From: Rhodovibrionaceae bacterium
GTDB lineage: Bacteria > Pseudomonadota > Alphaproteobacteria > Kiloniellales > DSM-21159
NCBI GenBank assembly: GCA_028279885.1
Contig: JANQMX010000081.1
Coordinates: 14,093 to 78,092, forward strand
Direction: 5' to 3'
Length of the DNA: 64,000 bases
A model generated the notes under the pieces. It was given only the letters and a program-made list of their open reading frames with translations, did no database searches and had not been told where the DNA came from. This document shows, in pieces, positions 48,462 through 56,981 of the stretch (within the stretch, counting starts at the first letter, position 1; the number at the start of each line of letters is the position of its first letter). Both the position numbers and the translations under genes were made by a program.

Positions 48462-49367
48462 ATGATGGAGCGAGAATACACAGGTAGTGAAGCGAGCGCC
48501 CGGCAGCCCGAGACCATGGCACAGCAAGAAACCACGAAGGATCAGGCCATCGCCGGGGGTCAAGAACCGGCAAAGAAGGCCTCGGTAGCACGCGACAAAG
48601 GCGCCTCCTTTCTGCGCGCTTTCAGCGTCCTTGAAGCCGTCGTCGATTCCAACTCCCCGGTGACGGTCTCCTATATCTCCAAGACCGTGGGCCTGCCCGT
48701 GGCCACGGTGCATCGCCTCTGCAAGATGCTGGTCGAGCAGCGGCTGCTGCAGTACGAAATCGACGGCAAGCGCCTGCTCAGCGGGCCGCGCATGTTCGAG
48801 TTCGCAACGCGTATTCTTTCCGGTTCGCACTACGACCTGGAGCGTCGGATCATCATGGAGACGCTGGTCGAGGAGGTCGGCGAGACCTGCAACATCTCCA
48901 TCCCCGACGGCATGCGGATGATCTATGCCGAACGGGTCGAGTCCCACTGGCCGCTGCGCGTGCAGCTGCCGGTCGGCAGCCATGTGCCGATGCACTGCAC
49001 GGCCAGCGGCAAGCTCTATCTCAGTCACCTCGGACGTGCGACGGCGGATCGTGTTCTCGGGCGCCTGGAGCTGACCAAGCACACGCCCCGCTCCATCGCC
49101 TCCGTCAAGGCGCTCAAGGCCGAGCTCGCGGAGATACGCAAGCGGGGCTACGCCACCGACGATGAAGAGTTCATCGAGGGCCTGGTTGCCGTTGCCGTGC
49201 CCATCGTGGATCCGAACGGCCGCTTTTGCGCCGGCCTGGCCCTGCATGGCCCGAAGTACCGCATCACGCTGGAGAGCGCCCTCGACCGCTTGCCGGCCTT
49301 GCAACGCGCGGCCCAGCAGATCGGCGAGTTGATGCGGAACCACGCCGCCGAGCCGGCCGAAACGTGA
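48462..49367 (+). CDS. IclR-family transcriptional regulator (IseR-like by context)
   Basis: 301 aa. The wHTH is VSYISKTVGLPVATVHRLCKMLVEQRLL, and the effector domain carries CTASGKLYLS. The true start may be the internal ATG near 48516. Confidence 0.85.
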   Translation: MMEREYTGSEASARQPETMAQQETTKDQAIAGGQEPAKKASVARDKGASFLRAFSVLEAVVDSNSPVTVSYISKTVGLPVATVHRLCKMLVEQRLLQYEIDGKRLLSGPRMFEFATRILSGSHYDLERRIIMETLVEEVGETCNISIPDGMRMIYAERVESHWPLRVQLPVGSHVPMHCTASGKLYLSHLGRATADRVLGRLELTKHTPRSIASVKALKAELAEIRKRGYATDDEEFIEGLVAVAVPIVDPNGRFCAGLALHGPKYRITLESALDRLPALQRAAQQIGELMRNHAAEPAET

Positions 49368-50125
49368 GCGGCGGAGGCACGGTCGACGCCCTGTTCGACG
49401 CCCTTCTGACCGGCGACTTCCTGCTTGCACTGATCGCGACCTTGGCCGCGGGAATGATGCGCGGCTTTGCCGGCGTCGGCTCGGGCATGCTGATGGCACC
49501 CGTCTTTGCCATCCTTTTCGGCCCCGTCGAAACCGTCGCCACAATCATCCTGATGGAGGTGGTCGCCACGGCACAGCTGCTGCCGGGCGTGAAAGGCCAC
49601 GTGAATTGGCGTGTCGTCGGGCCAATGGGCGCGGCCGCCGCCCTCTTCATGCCCCTGGGCGGATGGCTCCTGGTCTCTCTCGACCCGGCACTGATCGCGC
49701 GCGGCATCGCCGCTATCGTTGTGATCTTCGCCCTTATCCTGCTGACCGGCTGGCGCTACGACGGGCCCAAGCGCCTGCCGGCCACCCTTGGCGTGGGCGC
49801 GCTCTCCGGCGTGCTGATGGCCTCCACCAGCCTCGGCAACCCGCCGGTCATGGTCTACCTGCTGTCCAGTCGCGACCCGGCCACCGTCAACCGCGCGAAC
49901 TTCACCGGCTATTTCGCCGTCACGCTCCTGGCGCTGATCGCCTGGATGCTGCTGCAGGGCCTGATCAGCTGGGAGGCAGTGCTGCGGGCGGCCGCTCTCC
50001 TGCTCCCCTTCCTGGCAGCCGTGTGGGTCGGCAGTCGCCTCTTCCGCAAGTCGAGCGAGCGGCTCTATCGTCGAGTGGCGCTCGGTCTGCTGCTCTGCAT
50101 CGGCCTGTACGGCCTGCTGCGCTAG
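49364..50125 (+). CDS. tauE: TauE/SafE (TSUP) family sulfite exporter-like membrane protein
   Basis: The GTG start at 49364 overlaps the IclR stop (GTGA). 253 aa with about 8 helices. MRGFAGVGSGMLMAP is typical of the TSUP/TauE family. Confidence 0.75.
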   Translation: MSGGGTVDALFDALLTGDFLLALIATLAAGMMRGFAGVGSGMLMAPVFAILFGPVETVATIILMEVVATAQLLPGVKGHVNWRVVGPMGAAAALFMPLGGWLLVSLDPALIARGIAAIVVIFALILLTGWRYDGPKRLPATLGVGALSGVLMASTSLGNPPVMVYLLSSRDPATVNRANFTGYFAVTLLALIAWMLLQGLISWEAVLRAAALLLPFLAAVWVGSRLFRKSSERLYRRVALGLLLCIGLYGLLR

Positions 50126-50865
50126 CGCAAGCGCTCGTCTTCTTCGCGCTCGGTGATAACGGCGTCGAAGTCGCCCCGCACCGCGATCTGTGCTTGCGCC
50201 GATCGGCCGAGCTTCTCAGAGGCGACCAGCAGGAGCTTCTGCCTTGAGATCCGCATCGCCGTTTTCTTGATCACGATCTTGCGGACATCGAAGTCCATCA
50301 CGGCACCCGTTTCCTCGACGCCGGAGCAGCCGATCAGCGCATAGTCCAGGCGCAGCTCCGTGAGGGCTGCAACCACGCTCTCGCCGACCAGCGAGCCATC
50401 GCTACCACCCAGCCTGCCACCCAGCACGAAGACCTCGTGGTCGTCCGCGGAAAAGACTGCCGCGGCGTTCATGCTGTTGGTGAAAACCGTCAAGCCGACG
50501 CGCTTGCTCAACGCCCGGGCTGCCGCCTCTACGGTCGTTCCGACATCAAGAAACAGGCTCGCCCCGTCGGGAATCCGTTTGACGACCTGTTCGGCAATGC
50601 GCTGCTTGGCATCAAGCGCGACATCCTGCTTGTAGCGATGGGCGAGCCGGACCGCCGAGTCCTGCCGTCCAATGCCGGCGCCGCCATGAAAACGCTGCAG
50701 AAAGCCCGCGGCATCCAGGGCGATAATGTCGCGCCGAATGGTCTGGGCGGAGACCTGAAACTCTTCGGCCAAACCCTCGATGGTGACGAAGCCGCGCTCC
50801 TCGACCGTCCTGAGCACGTCCCATTGACGATCGGATAAGGCCGTCACCGCCGCTTCTACGGACAT
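50122..50865 (-). CDS. DeoR-family transcriptional regulator
   Basis: Start at the ATG at 50865. The HTH is VTIEGLAEEFQVSAQTIRRDIIALD, followed by a DeoR C-terminal sugar-phosphate-type sensor domain (LFLDVGTT..VFTNS). Confidence 0.88.
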   Translation of the reverse strand: MSVEAAVTALSDRQWDVLRTVEERGFVTIEGLAEEFQVSAQTIRRDIIALDAAGFLQRFHGGAGIGRQDSAVRLAHRYKQDVALDAKQRIAEQVVKRIPDGASLFLDVGTTVEAAARALSKRVGLTVFTNSMNAAAVFSADDHEVFVLGGRLGGSDGSLVGESVVAALTELRLDYALIGCSGVEETGAVMDFDVRKIVIKKTAMRISRQKLLLVASEKLGRSAQAQIAVRGDFDAVITEREEDERLR

Positions 50866-50882
50866 ATCCTGCTTCCCTTTCT

Positions 50883-50900
50883 CTGTAAGATATCTTACAG
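50883..50900. promoter_or_regulatory. perfect 18-bp palindrome CTGTAAGATATCTTACAG in the DeoR/LOG-like divergent spacer (candidate operator)
   Basis: Read directly. The whole spacer is only 74 bp. The palindrome sits 18 nt from the DeoR start codon and 40 nt from the LOG-like start codon. Confidence 0.55.
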
Positions 50901-50939
50901 CAGTAGGGTTGCAAGCCAAGCGCAAAGCGGAGGGACGTC

Positions 50940-51575
50940 ATGCTGCTCTACTCGCCAAGCGAAGACCGCCTGTTCCAACAGCCCGAGCTGGCGCTGGATC
51001 CCTGGTCCTGGCGGTGGCAGCCGCTGGCGGAAGCCCTGCCGAGCGATGCAGATGAAATCTCGGCGGAAGACGCGGTGCGACAGGTCTATGGGATGGCGCG
51101 CTGCCGCCGGCTGCCGGTGGCGATCATCGGCCCCAAGCAAGCGGAAGCCTATCAACTGCAGTCGGCGGAACAGCTTGGAGCGGCGCTGGCAAGCCTCGGC
51201 GTGCCGGTCCTCTGCGGCGGCAAGCTCGGCATCATGGAAGCAGCGGCACGCGGGGCCCATAACGCCGGCGGTCTGACCATCGGCATCCTGCCCGACACGG
51301 AGTGGCAGGCCGCCAACGACTATATCTCCCTTCCCCTCGCCACGGGTATCAGGTCGGCCCGCAACTATGTTGTGGCCGGCTCAGCGCTCGCTCTGGTTGC
51401 CGTCGGCGGTCACTACGGAACGATCACCGAGGCCGCCTTCGGTCTCAACTTCGGCAAGCCCGTCATCGGGCTTCACGACGCGCCGCAAATCGACGGGGTC
51501 CACCACGTAGGCTCGGTTGAGGAGGCCATCGAGGCACTCCTGCCGATTCTTCTGCATCTACCTAGGCCGTCATAA
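50940..51575 (+). CDS. TIGR00725/LOG-like (SLOG superfamily) Rossmann-fold protein with a ~55-aa N-terminal extension
   Basis: 211 aa with a GGAGGG SD 5 nt upstream. CGGKLGIMEAAARGAHNAGGLTIGILP and VGGHYGTITEAAFGLNFGKPVIG correspond to the GGxxGxMxA and PGGxGTxxE motifs of the LOG/TIGR00725 family. Confidence 0.7.
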   Translation: MLLYSPSEDRLFQQPELALDPWSWRWQPLAEALPSDADEISAEDAVRQVYGMARCRRLPVAIIGPKQAEAYQLQSAEQLGAALASLGVPVLCGGKLGIMEAAARGAHNAGGLTIGILPDTEWQAANDYISLPLATGIRSARNYVVAGSALALVAVGGHYGTITEAAFGLNFGKPVIGLHDAPQIDGVHHVGSVEEAIEALLPILLHLPRPS

Positions 51576-51627
51576 ATCTTCCACTGACTTTGGGGTAAAG
51601 TAAGAAACCTTACACAAGGCCCACACC

Positions 51628-52779
51628 GTGATCGAATTGCGCAACATCAGCCGCCGCTTCGGCGATACCTCGGCCTTGAGCGATGTTTCGCTGACGATCG
51701 AAGGTGCCAGCTTCACCTCGCTGCTGGGGCCCTCCGGCTGCGGCAAGTCCACCTTGTTGCGCATCATCGCCGGACTGGACCACCCCACTTCTGGCAGCAT
51801 CCTCTTCTCCGGCCGCGACGTGCGCGATCTCAGCGCCGCCGAGCGCAACATCGCCATGGTGTTCCAGTCCTACGCGCTCTACCCGCACATGACCGTGCGC
51901 GGGAACATCGCGCTGCCGCTGGCCATGCGCTCCATGAACCGCTTGGAGCGCTTCCCGGTCCTCAGCGAACTGTTGCCATCGGCCCGAAGGAAGGCGGTGG
52001 AGAACAATCTGGCTGTGGAGCGCATCGCCGCCCTGCTGAAGATCGAAGAGCTGCTCGACCGCAAGCCGTCGCAGCTCTCCGGCGGCCAGAAGCAGCGCGC
52101 AGCCGTGGGGCGCGCCCTGGTGCGGGAGCCGACCGCCTTCCTGCTCGACGAGCCCCTATCAAACCTGGATGCCAAGCTGCGCCACGCCATGCGGGCCGAG
52201 ATCGTCGATCTGCATCGGACCACTGGCCGAACCTTCATCTATGTCACCCACGATCAGGCCGAAGCCATGAGCATGTCGGACCAGGTCGTGGTGATCATGG
52301 ATGGCAAGGTGCAGCAGGTCGATGCGCCGCGCGACCTTTACGAGCGCCCGGCCAGCCGCAGCGTGGCTGCTTTCGTCGGCGACCATCCCGTCAACTTTCT
52401 TGACGTCGCGGTCGACCGCCGGCAGCTCGCACCACCGTTCGAAGACGTCACGCTCGACACAGCCATCCCGGGTCGCACCGTCACCGTGGGTATCCGCTCC
52501 GAGCGCCTGCACCCGGCCGCCGACGGCGCCTTGGCGGGGCGCATCGAACGGGTCGACTATCTCGGCTCTAGCACCATGGTTTCGCTGCGCTTGCCCAGCG
52601 GACATCGCCTCAGCGCCGTATTGAGCGAGCAAGATGCTGTGCCGGTCGAAGGCGAGATCCTGCGCCTCTCCTTCGCGCCTCAGCGAGCCGATCTCTTCGA
52701 CCCCGATAGCGGCCAGCGCATCGATGCCCGGCTCGTGCCGGCGCGTGCGTCCTCTCGGCCGGCCCGGCGGGACCAGTAG
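51628..52779 (+). CDS. ABC transporter ATP-binding protein, MalK/UgpC (CUT1) type
   Basis: GTG start. Walker A GPSGCGKST, signature LSGGQKQR and Walker B FLLDEP, plus a C-terminal TOBE-like domain. Between the Q-loop and the signature there are 39 aa, where E. coli MalK has 21. Confidence 0.9.
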   Translation: MIELRNISRRFGDTSALSDVSLTIEGASFTSLLGPSGCGKSTLLRIIAGLDHPTSGSILFSGRDVRDLSAAERNIAMVFQSYALYPHMTVRGNIALPLAMRSMNRLERFPVLSELLPSARRKAVENNLAVERIAALLKIEELLDRKPSQLSGGQKQRAAVGRALVREPTAFLLDEPLSNLDAKLRHAMRAEIVDLHRTTGRTFIYVTHDQAEAMSMSDQVVVIMDGKVQQVDAPRDLYERPASRSVAAFVGDHPVNFLDVAVDRRQLAPPFEDVTLDTAIPGRTVTVGIRSERLHPAADGALAGRIERVDYLGSSTMVSLRLPSGHRLSAVLSEQDAVPVEGEILRLSFAPQRADLFDPDSGQRIDARLVPARASSRPARRDQ

Positions 52780-52781
52780 CC

Positions 52782-53684
52782 ATGACGCGCCTGTCCAGCC
52801 GCAGCCGCGGTATCCTCACCGATCTTTGGCTCACCGCACCGGCCACCTTGGGAATGATCGTGCTGATCTTCGCGCCGGTGCTGGTCGTCGTCGTGCTCTC
52901 CTTCACCGACTATCAGTTCGGCGCCCGCAGCTTCGAATGGATCGGCCTGGAAAACTACGCAACGATCTTCACCGACCCGATCGGCCAGCGCGCGGTGGTC
53001 AACACGCTGATCTACGTTGCCGTCGTCATGCCCGCCTCGATCGTCCTGGCGCTCCTGGTCGCTCTCGGCGTGCATGAAGCCTCGCGCTGGATGCCGCGGC
53101 TCGCCGCTGCACTTCGCGCCGCCTACTTCCTGCCGGTGGCGGCGACCCTGGTCGCCATGGCCACGGTCTGGCAGATGCTGCTGCATCCGACCCTCGGCCC
53201 GGTCAACCAAGCCCTGCTCGCCCTCGGGCTTCCCGGCCAAGACTGGCTCTCCGACCGCGGTCTGGTGCTCTACACCCTGACGATCATCGGAGTGTGGGAG
53301 ACGGTCGGCTACAACATGGTGCTCTTCCTGGCCGGCCTGGCCGCCATCCCGCACCACCTTTACGACGCAGCCGATATCGACGGCGCCAACCGAAGCTGGG
53401 AGCGTTTCTGGACCGTCACCTGGCCTATGCTGGGGCCGACCACGCTCTTCGTCATGGTGGTCACGGCCACCCGCTCCTTCCGGGTTTTCGAAATCGTTGC
53501 CACCTTGACCGACGGCGGCCCCGCTTTCGCCAGCGACACGCTGGTCTTCGCCATGTATCGGGAGGGCTTCGTCTACTTCAAGGCCGGCTACTCCAGCGCG
53601 ATCACCGTCGTCTTCCTCGTCTTCGTGCTGATTTTCACCCTGGCCCAGTTCCGCATTCTCGAATCGCGGGTGCACTACCGATGA
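52782..53684 (+). CDS. ABC transporter permease (CUT1 sugar type)
   Basis: 300 aa. EAA-loop region AADIDGANRSWERFWTVTWPML. Confidence 0.88.
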   Translation: MTRLSSRSRGILTDLWLTAPATLGMIVLIFAPVLVVVVLSFTDYQFGARSFEWIGLENYATIFTDPIGQRAVVNTLIYVAVVMPASIVLALLVALGVHEASRWMPRLAAALRAAYFLPVAATLVAMATVWQMLLHPTLGPVNQALLALGLPGQDWLSDRGLVLYTLTIIGVWETVGYNMVLFLAGLAAIPHHLYDAADIDGANRSWERFWTVTWPMLGPTTLFVMVVTATRSFRVFEIVATLTDGGPAFASDTLVFAMYREGFVYFKAGYSSAITVVFLVFVLIFTLAQFRILESRVHYR

Positions 53685-54511
53685 CGGCGCGCGGGCTCTT
53701 GGGACGCACAGCCACGCTGGCGGTTCTCTGCCTCGGGGCCGCGATTGTGCTGATCCCCTTCGTCTGGATGATCTCGTTGTCGCTCAAGCCCGCCGCCGAG
53801 ATCTTCTCGCCCGACTTCACCCTGCTGCCCTCGCAGATCGCGTGGCAGAACTACATCAAGGCCTTCACCGAGGTGCCGCTGCACCGCTTTCTGCTGAACG
53901 GCGTCATCGTCTGCTTCGGCATCCTCTTCTTCCAGCTTCTCCTGGCCGTGCCCCTGGCCTACGCGCTCGCGGTTCGCGACTTCAAGCTACGCGGCCTGCT
54001 GTTCGGGCTCGTGCTGGCTGGCCTGCTGGTGCCCTATCACGTCACCGCCGTGCCGCTCTTTCTGGGCCTCGCCGAACTGAAGCTGCTCAACACCTACAGC
54101 GCACTGATCATCCCCTTCATCGCCTCGGTCTTCGGCATCTTCCTGTTCCGCCAGTACTTCGCCGCCCTGCCGGCGGACCTAATCGATGCGGCGCGGGTGG
54201 ATGGCTTGAGCGAAACCGCGATCGCCTGGCGCATCGCCTTTCCAAACGCCTGGCCGGCGGTCACGGCCTTCGCAATCTTCTCGGTCGTTGCCCACTGGAA
54301 CGACCTCTTCTGGCCGCTGATCGCGGTGAGCGACCGGGACTTGGCCACACCGCCGCGCGGCGTCCTCTACTTCCGCGACGAGGAAGCCGGCTCCGACGTC
54401 GGCCCGTTGATGGCGGCCGCGACCGTCATCAATGCGCCTCTGGTGCTCGGCTTCCTGCTGGCACAGCGGCGCTTCATTCAAGGTTTCACCATGAGCGGAC
54501 TCAAGGGATGA
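53681..54511 (+). CDS. ABC transporter permease (CUT1 sugar type)
   Basis: The start at 53681 makes an ATGA overlap with the previous stop. 276 aa. EAA loop AARVDGLSETAIAWRIAFPNAWP. Confidence 0.88.
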   Translation: MTARGLLGRTATLAVLCLGAAIVLIPFVWMISLSLKPAAEIFSPDFTLLPSQIAWQNYIKAFTEVPLHRFLLNGVIVCFGILFFQLLLAVPLAYALAVRDFKLRGLLFGLVLAGLLVPYHVTAVPLFLGLAELKLLNTYSALIIPFIASVFGIFLFRQYFAALPADLIDAARVDGLSETAIAWRIAFPNAWPAVTAFAIFSVVAHWNDLFWPLIAVSDRDLATPPRGVLYFRDEEAGSDVGPLMAAATVINAPLVLGFLLAQRRFIQGFTMSGLKG

Positions 54512-54594
54512 GCCGCCATGGACGAGCGTCAACAAGCGAGAAGAGCGCCGCAAGCGCCGGACCTTCAACGAGATCGAACACAAGGAGAAAGCTG

Positions 54595-55866
54595 ATGAAA
54601 CGGGTTCTCTTGGCGGCCGCAGCCTTCGCCGCCCTTGCCTCCGTCACGGCAACGACTGCCACGGCGGAAGAGACGACACTGCGCGTCCATTACTCCATTC
54701 CCAACCTTTGGTCGGAGATCAAAGAGAAGCTGGCGACCGAGTTCATGGCGCGAAATCCCGACATCAAGATCGAGCTGGATGCGCCGGAAGAAACCTACGC
54801 CAAGGGCGTTCAGCGCCTGCTGCGCGAGTCGGTCGGCGGCCAAGCTCCCGATTTGGCCTTCGTCGGCCTCAACCGCTGGCGCATTCTCGAAGACCGGGGC
54901 CTCACCGTGGAGCTCGACTCCTTCATCGGGGACGATGCCGCCTTCGAGAAAGCCGGCTACACCCCGGCGCTCCGCTCGCTCGGACAGTACAAGGGCGAGC
55001 AGCACGCGCTGGCAGTGTCTGCCTCCACGCTCGTGATGTACGTCAACCCGGACTTGGTCGAGCAAGCCAACGGTCATATGGACGACTTCCCGACCGACTT
55101 CGACGGGCTGATCGCGCTGGCCGCCAAGATCAACAACCTGGGCAACAACATCGACGGTGTCTGGATCGCCGCGCACGACTGGCGCTTCCAGAGCATGCTC
55201 GGCTCCTACGGTGGTCGCCCGATGAACGAGGACGAGACCGCGATCACCTTTGACAGCGACGCCGGCGTCAAGGCCGCCGAGCTCTACTTCCGCTTCGCCA
55301 AGGAGGCCGGCATGAAGGGCTATGACGGCAACGCAGCCCGGCAGGCCTTCGCCGCCGGCACGCTCGGCATCTATATCGACTCTTCGTCCTACCTCACTCG
55401 CATGATGGAGGGGGCCGGCGACCGCTTTGAGGTCACGCTGCTGCCCAACATCGTGGCATCCGAGGACAAATCCGCCGTCTATTTCCCGACCGGCGGTTCG
55501 GCCATCGTCATGCTGACCGAAGACGAAGCGAAGCAAAAGGCTGCTTGGGAGTACATCCAGTTCGTTACCGGCCCGGACGGCGCCAAGATCATCGTCGAAA
55601 ACTCCGGCTACGCGCCGACCAACGCCATCGTCCTGCAGGACGAGAGCTACCTGGGTGCGTTCTACGCCGACAACCCCAACGCCAAGCGCGCCCACGCCCA
55701 AGTCGCCTCCTACGCCGGCCCTTGGTACGCCTATCCGGGTGCCGAGGGTGTCGCCGTCACCGACTTGATTGCCGCCGCCCTGGTCGAGGTGGTCGAGGGC
55801 GCCGACCCGGACACCAAGATCAACGAGGTTGCCGACGACGTCCGCTCCAAGCTCGACATGCAGTAA
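54595..55866 (+). CDS. ABC transporter substrate-binding protein (family 1, sugar/polyol type)
   Basis: Start at the ATG at 54595 (MKRVLLAAAAFAALASVTATTATA signal). 423 aa. Last gene of the operon. Confidence 0.85.
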   Translation: MKRVLLAAAAFAALASVTATTATAEETTLRVHYSIPNLWSEIKEKLATEFMARNPDIKIELDAPEETYAKGVQRLLRESVGGQAPDLAFVGLNRWRILEDRGLTVELDSFIGDDAAFEKAGYTPALRSLGQYKGEQHALAVSASTLVMYVNPDLVEQANGHMDDFPTDFDGLIALAAKINNLGNNIDGVWIAAHDWRFQSMLGSYGGRPMNEDETAITFDSDAGVKAAELYFRFAKEAGMKGYDGNAARQAFAAGTLGIYIDSSSYLTRMMEGAGDRFEVTLLPNIVASEDKSAVYFPTGGSAIVMLTEDEAKQKAAWEYIQFVTGPDGAKIIVENSGYAPTNAIVLQDESYLGAFYADNPNAKRAHAQVASYAGPWYAYPGAEGVAVTDLIAAALVEVVEGADPDTKINEVADDVRSKLDMQ

Positions 55867-55887
55867 CACCGTCTGGCAACCGTGAAG

Positions 55888-55913
55888 CCGGATGGAGACC
55901 CTCCTCCATCCGG
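55888..55913. terminator. 10-bp-stem hairpin between the convergent SBP and LysR genes
   Basis: CCGGATGGAG-ACCCTC-CTCCATCCGG. No T tract. Confidence 0.4.
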
Positions 55914-55951
55914 CGAGCGGACTTGCCGCCAGCGTTTGCCGGACGGGACGA

Positions 55952-56830
55952 CTAGGCTTCGGACCTCAGTGCTGTCACGCAGGCGCGGATGGCAACATCC
56001 GACGCCTCAGCTTCTCGGATGGCGCAGGCTGTCTCCAGGCTTAAGGGACAGTCCTTCCGAAGCGGGAACACCTTGAGACCCTTGTGCAGATGGGTGACCT
56101 GTCGCGGTAGCAAAGCGATGCCAAGGCCGGCGCGCGCCATGACCACGGCCGCAAGAAAGCTCTCCGCCTCGGCGACGATATTGGCAGAGAACCCCTTTGT
56201 CTCCGCAAAGCCGACAAACTGGTCGTAGAGCCGTGGCGCACGGCGCCTCGGATAGAAGATGATCGGTTGGTTGAAGAGCGCCGACCAGGCTGCCCTGGGT
56301 TTCAGATCGAAGAACGCCGGATGAAGGACGGCGAAGAAGCGATCGATACTCAAAGACGTGGTGATGAGGCCAGAGCGGTCGAGCGGCGGGTGAAGGATGC
56401 CGACGTCGATGTCGCCGTTTCCCAGAGCCGCTTCCTGCTCCACCGTGCCGAGCTCGCGGATCAGGACCTGAATATCGGGACGCGTGGCGCGAAAGCCTGC
56501 AATGCGGTCCATCAGGCTTGAGACCTCGACCGCCGAGGTGATGCCGATGCGGATGAGCCGACCACTGCCGGCCGCCATGGCCTTTGCGGCATGCACAGCC
56601 TGATCCACACGCCTCAAGACCCCCAAAGCCTCATCCCAGAAGGCCATGCCCACGTCGGTCAGCTGCACCTCGCGGGTCGAGCGTGTGAACAGCTTGGCTT
56701 CCAGAACGTCTTCCAGGCGCTTGATCTGCACCGAGAGCACAGATTGCGTCACGCCGGCCCGCTTGGCCGCCCGCCCGAAGTGCAGCTCCTCCGCCAGAAT
56801 CACGAAGAGCCTGATCGCTTTCAACTCCAT
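55952..56830 (-). CDS. LysR-family transcriptional regulator
   Basis: Start at the ATG at 56830 (or 56833). MELKAIRLFVILAEELHFGRAAKRAGVTQSVLSVQIKRLE is a wHTH, and a LysR substrate-binding domain follows. Divergent from the beta-propeller gene. Confidence 0.9.
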   Translation of the reverse strand: MELKAIRLFVILAEELHFGRAAKRAGVTQSVLSVQIKRLEDVLEAKLFTRSTREVQLTDVGMAFWDEALGVLRRVDQAVHAAKAMAAGSGRLIRIGITSAVEVSSLMDRIAGFRATRPDIQVLIRELGTVEQEAALGNGDIDVGILHPPLDRSGLITTSLSIDRFFAVLHPAFFDLKPRAAWSALFNQPIIFYPRRRAPRLYDQFVGFAETKGFSANIVAEAESFLAAVVMARAGLGIALLPRQVTHLHKGLKVFPLRKDCPLSLETACAIREAEASDVAIRACVTALRSEA

Positions 56831-56981
56831 CATAGCCGATTGATACCATACGATTGATTGCAATTCACGAATAATGCTGCTGCTCTTTGAATTTGTCCTG
56901 CCGGCCATCGCGCCCATTTGCGCCGGAGCGGATAGACCCAAAACAACGTCCGCCGAACTGATGAGAAAACAGGAGCAAAGA

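Noticed and set aside
50940-51575. The SLOG/LOG-like protein as a marker of a nucleotide-signalling defence system
   Set aside because: No cyclase, effector nuclease, TIR, patatin or other conflict-system partner is adjacent. The neighbours are a DeoR repressor and an ABC importer, which points to metabolism.
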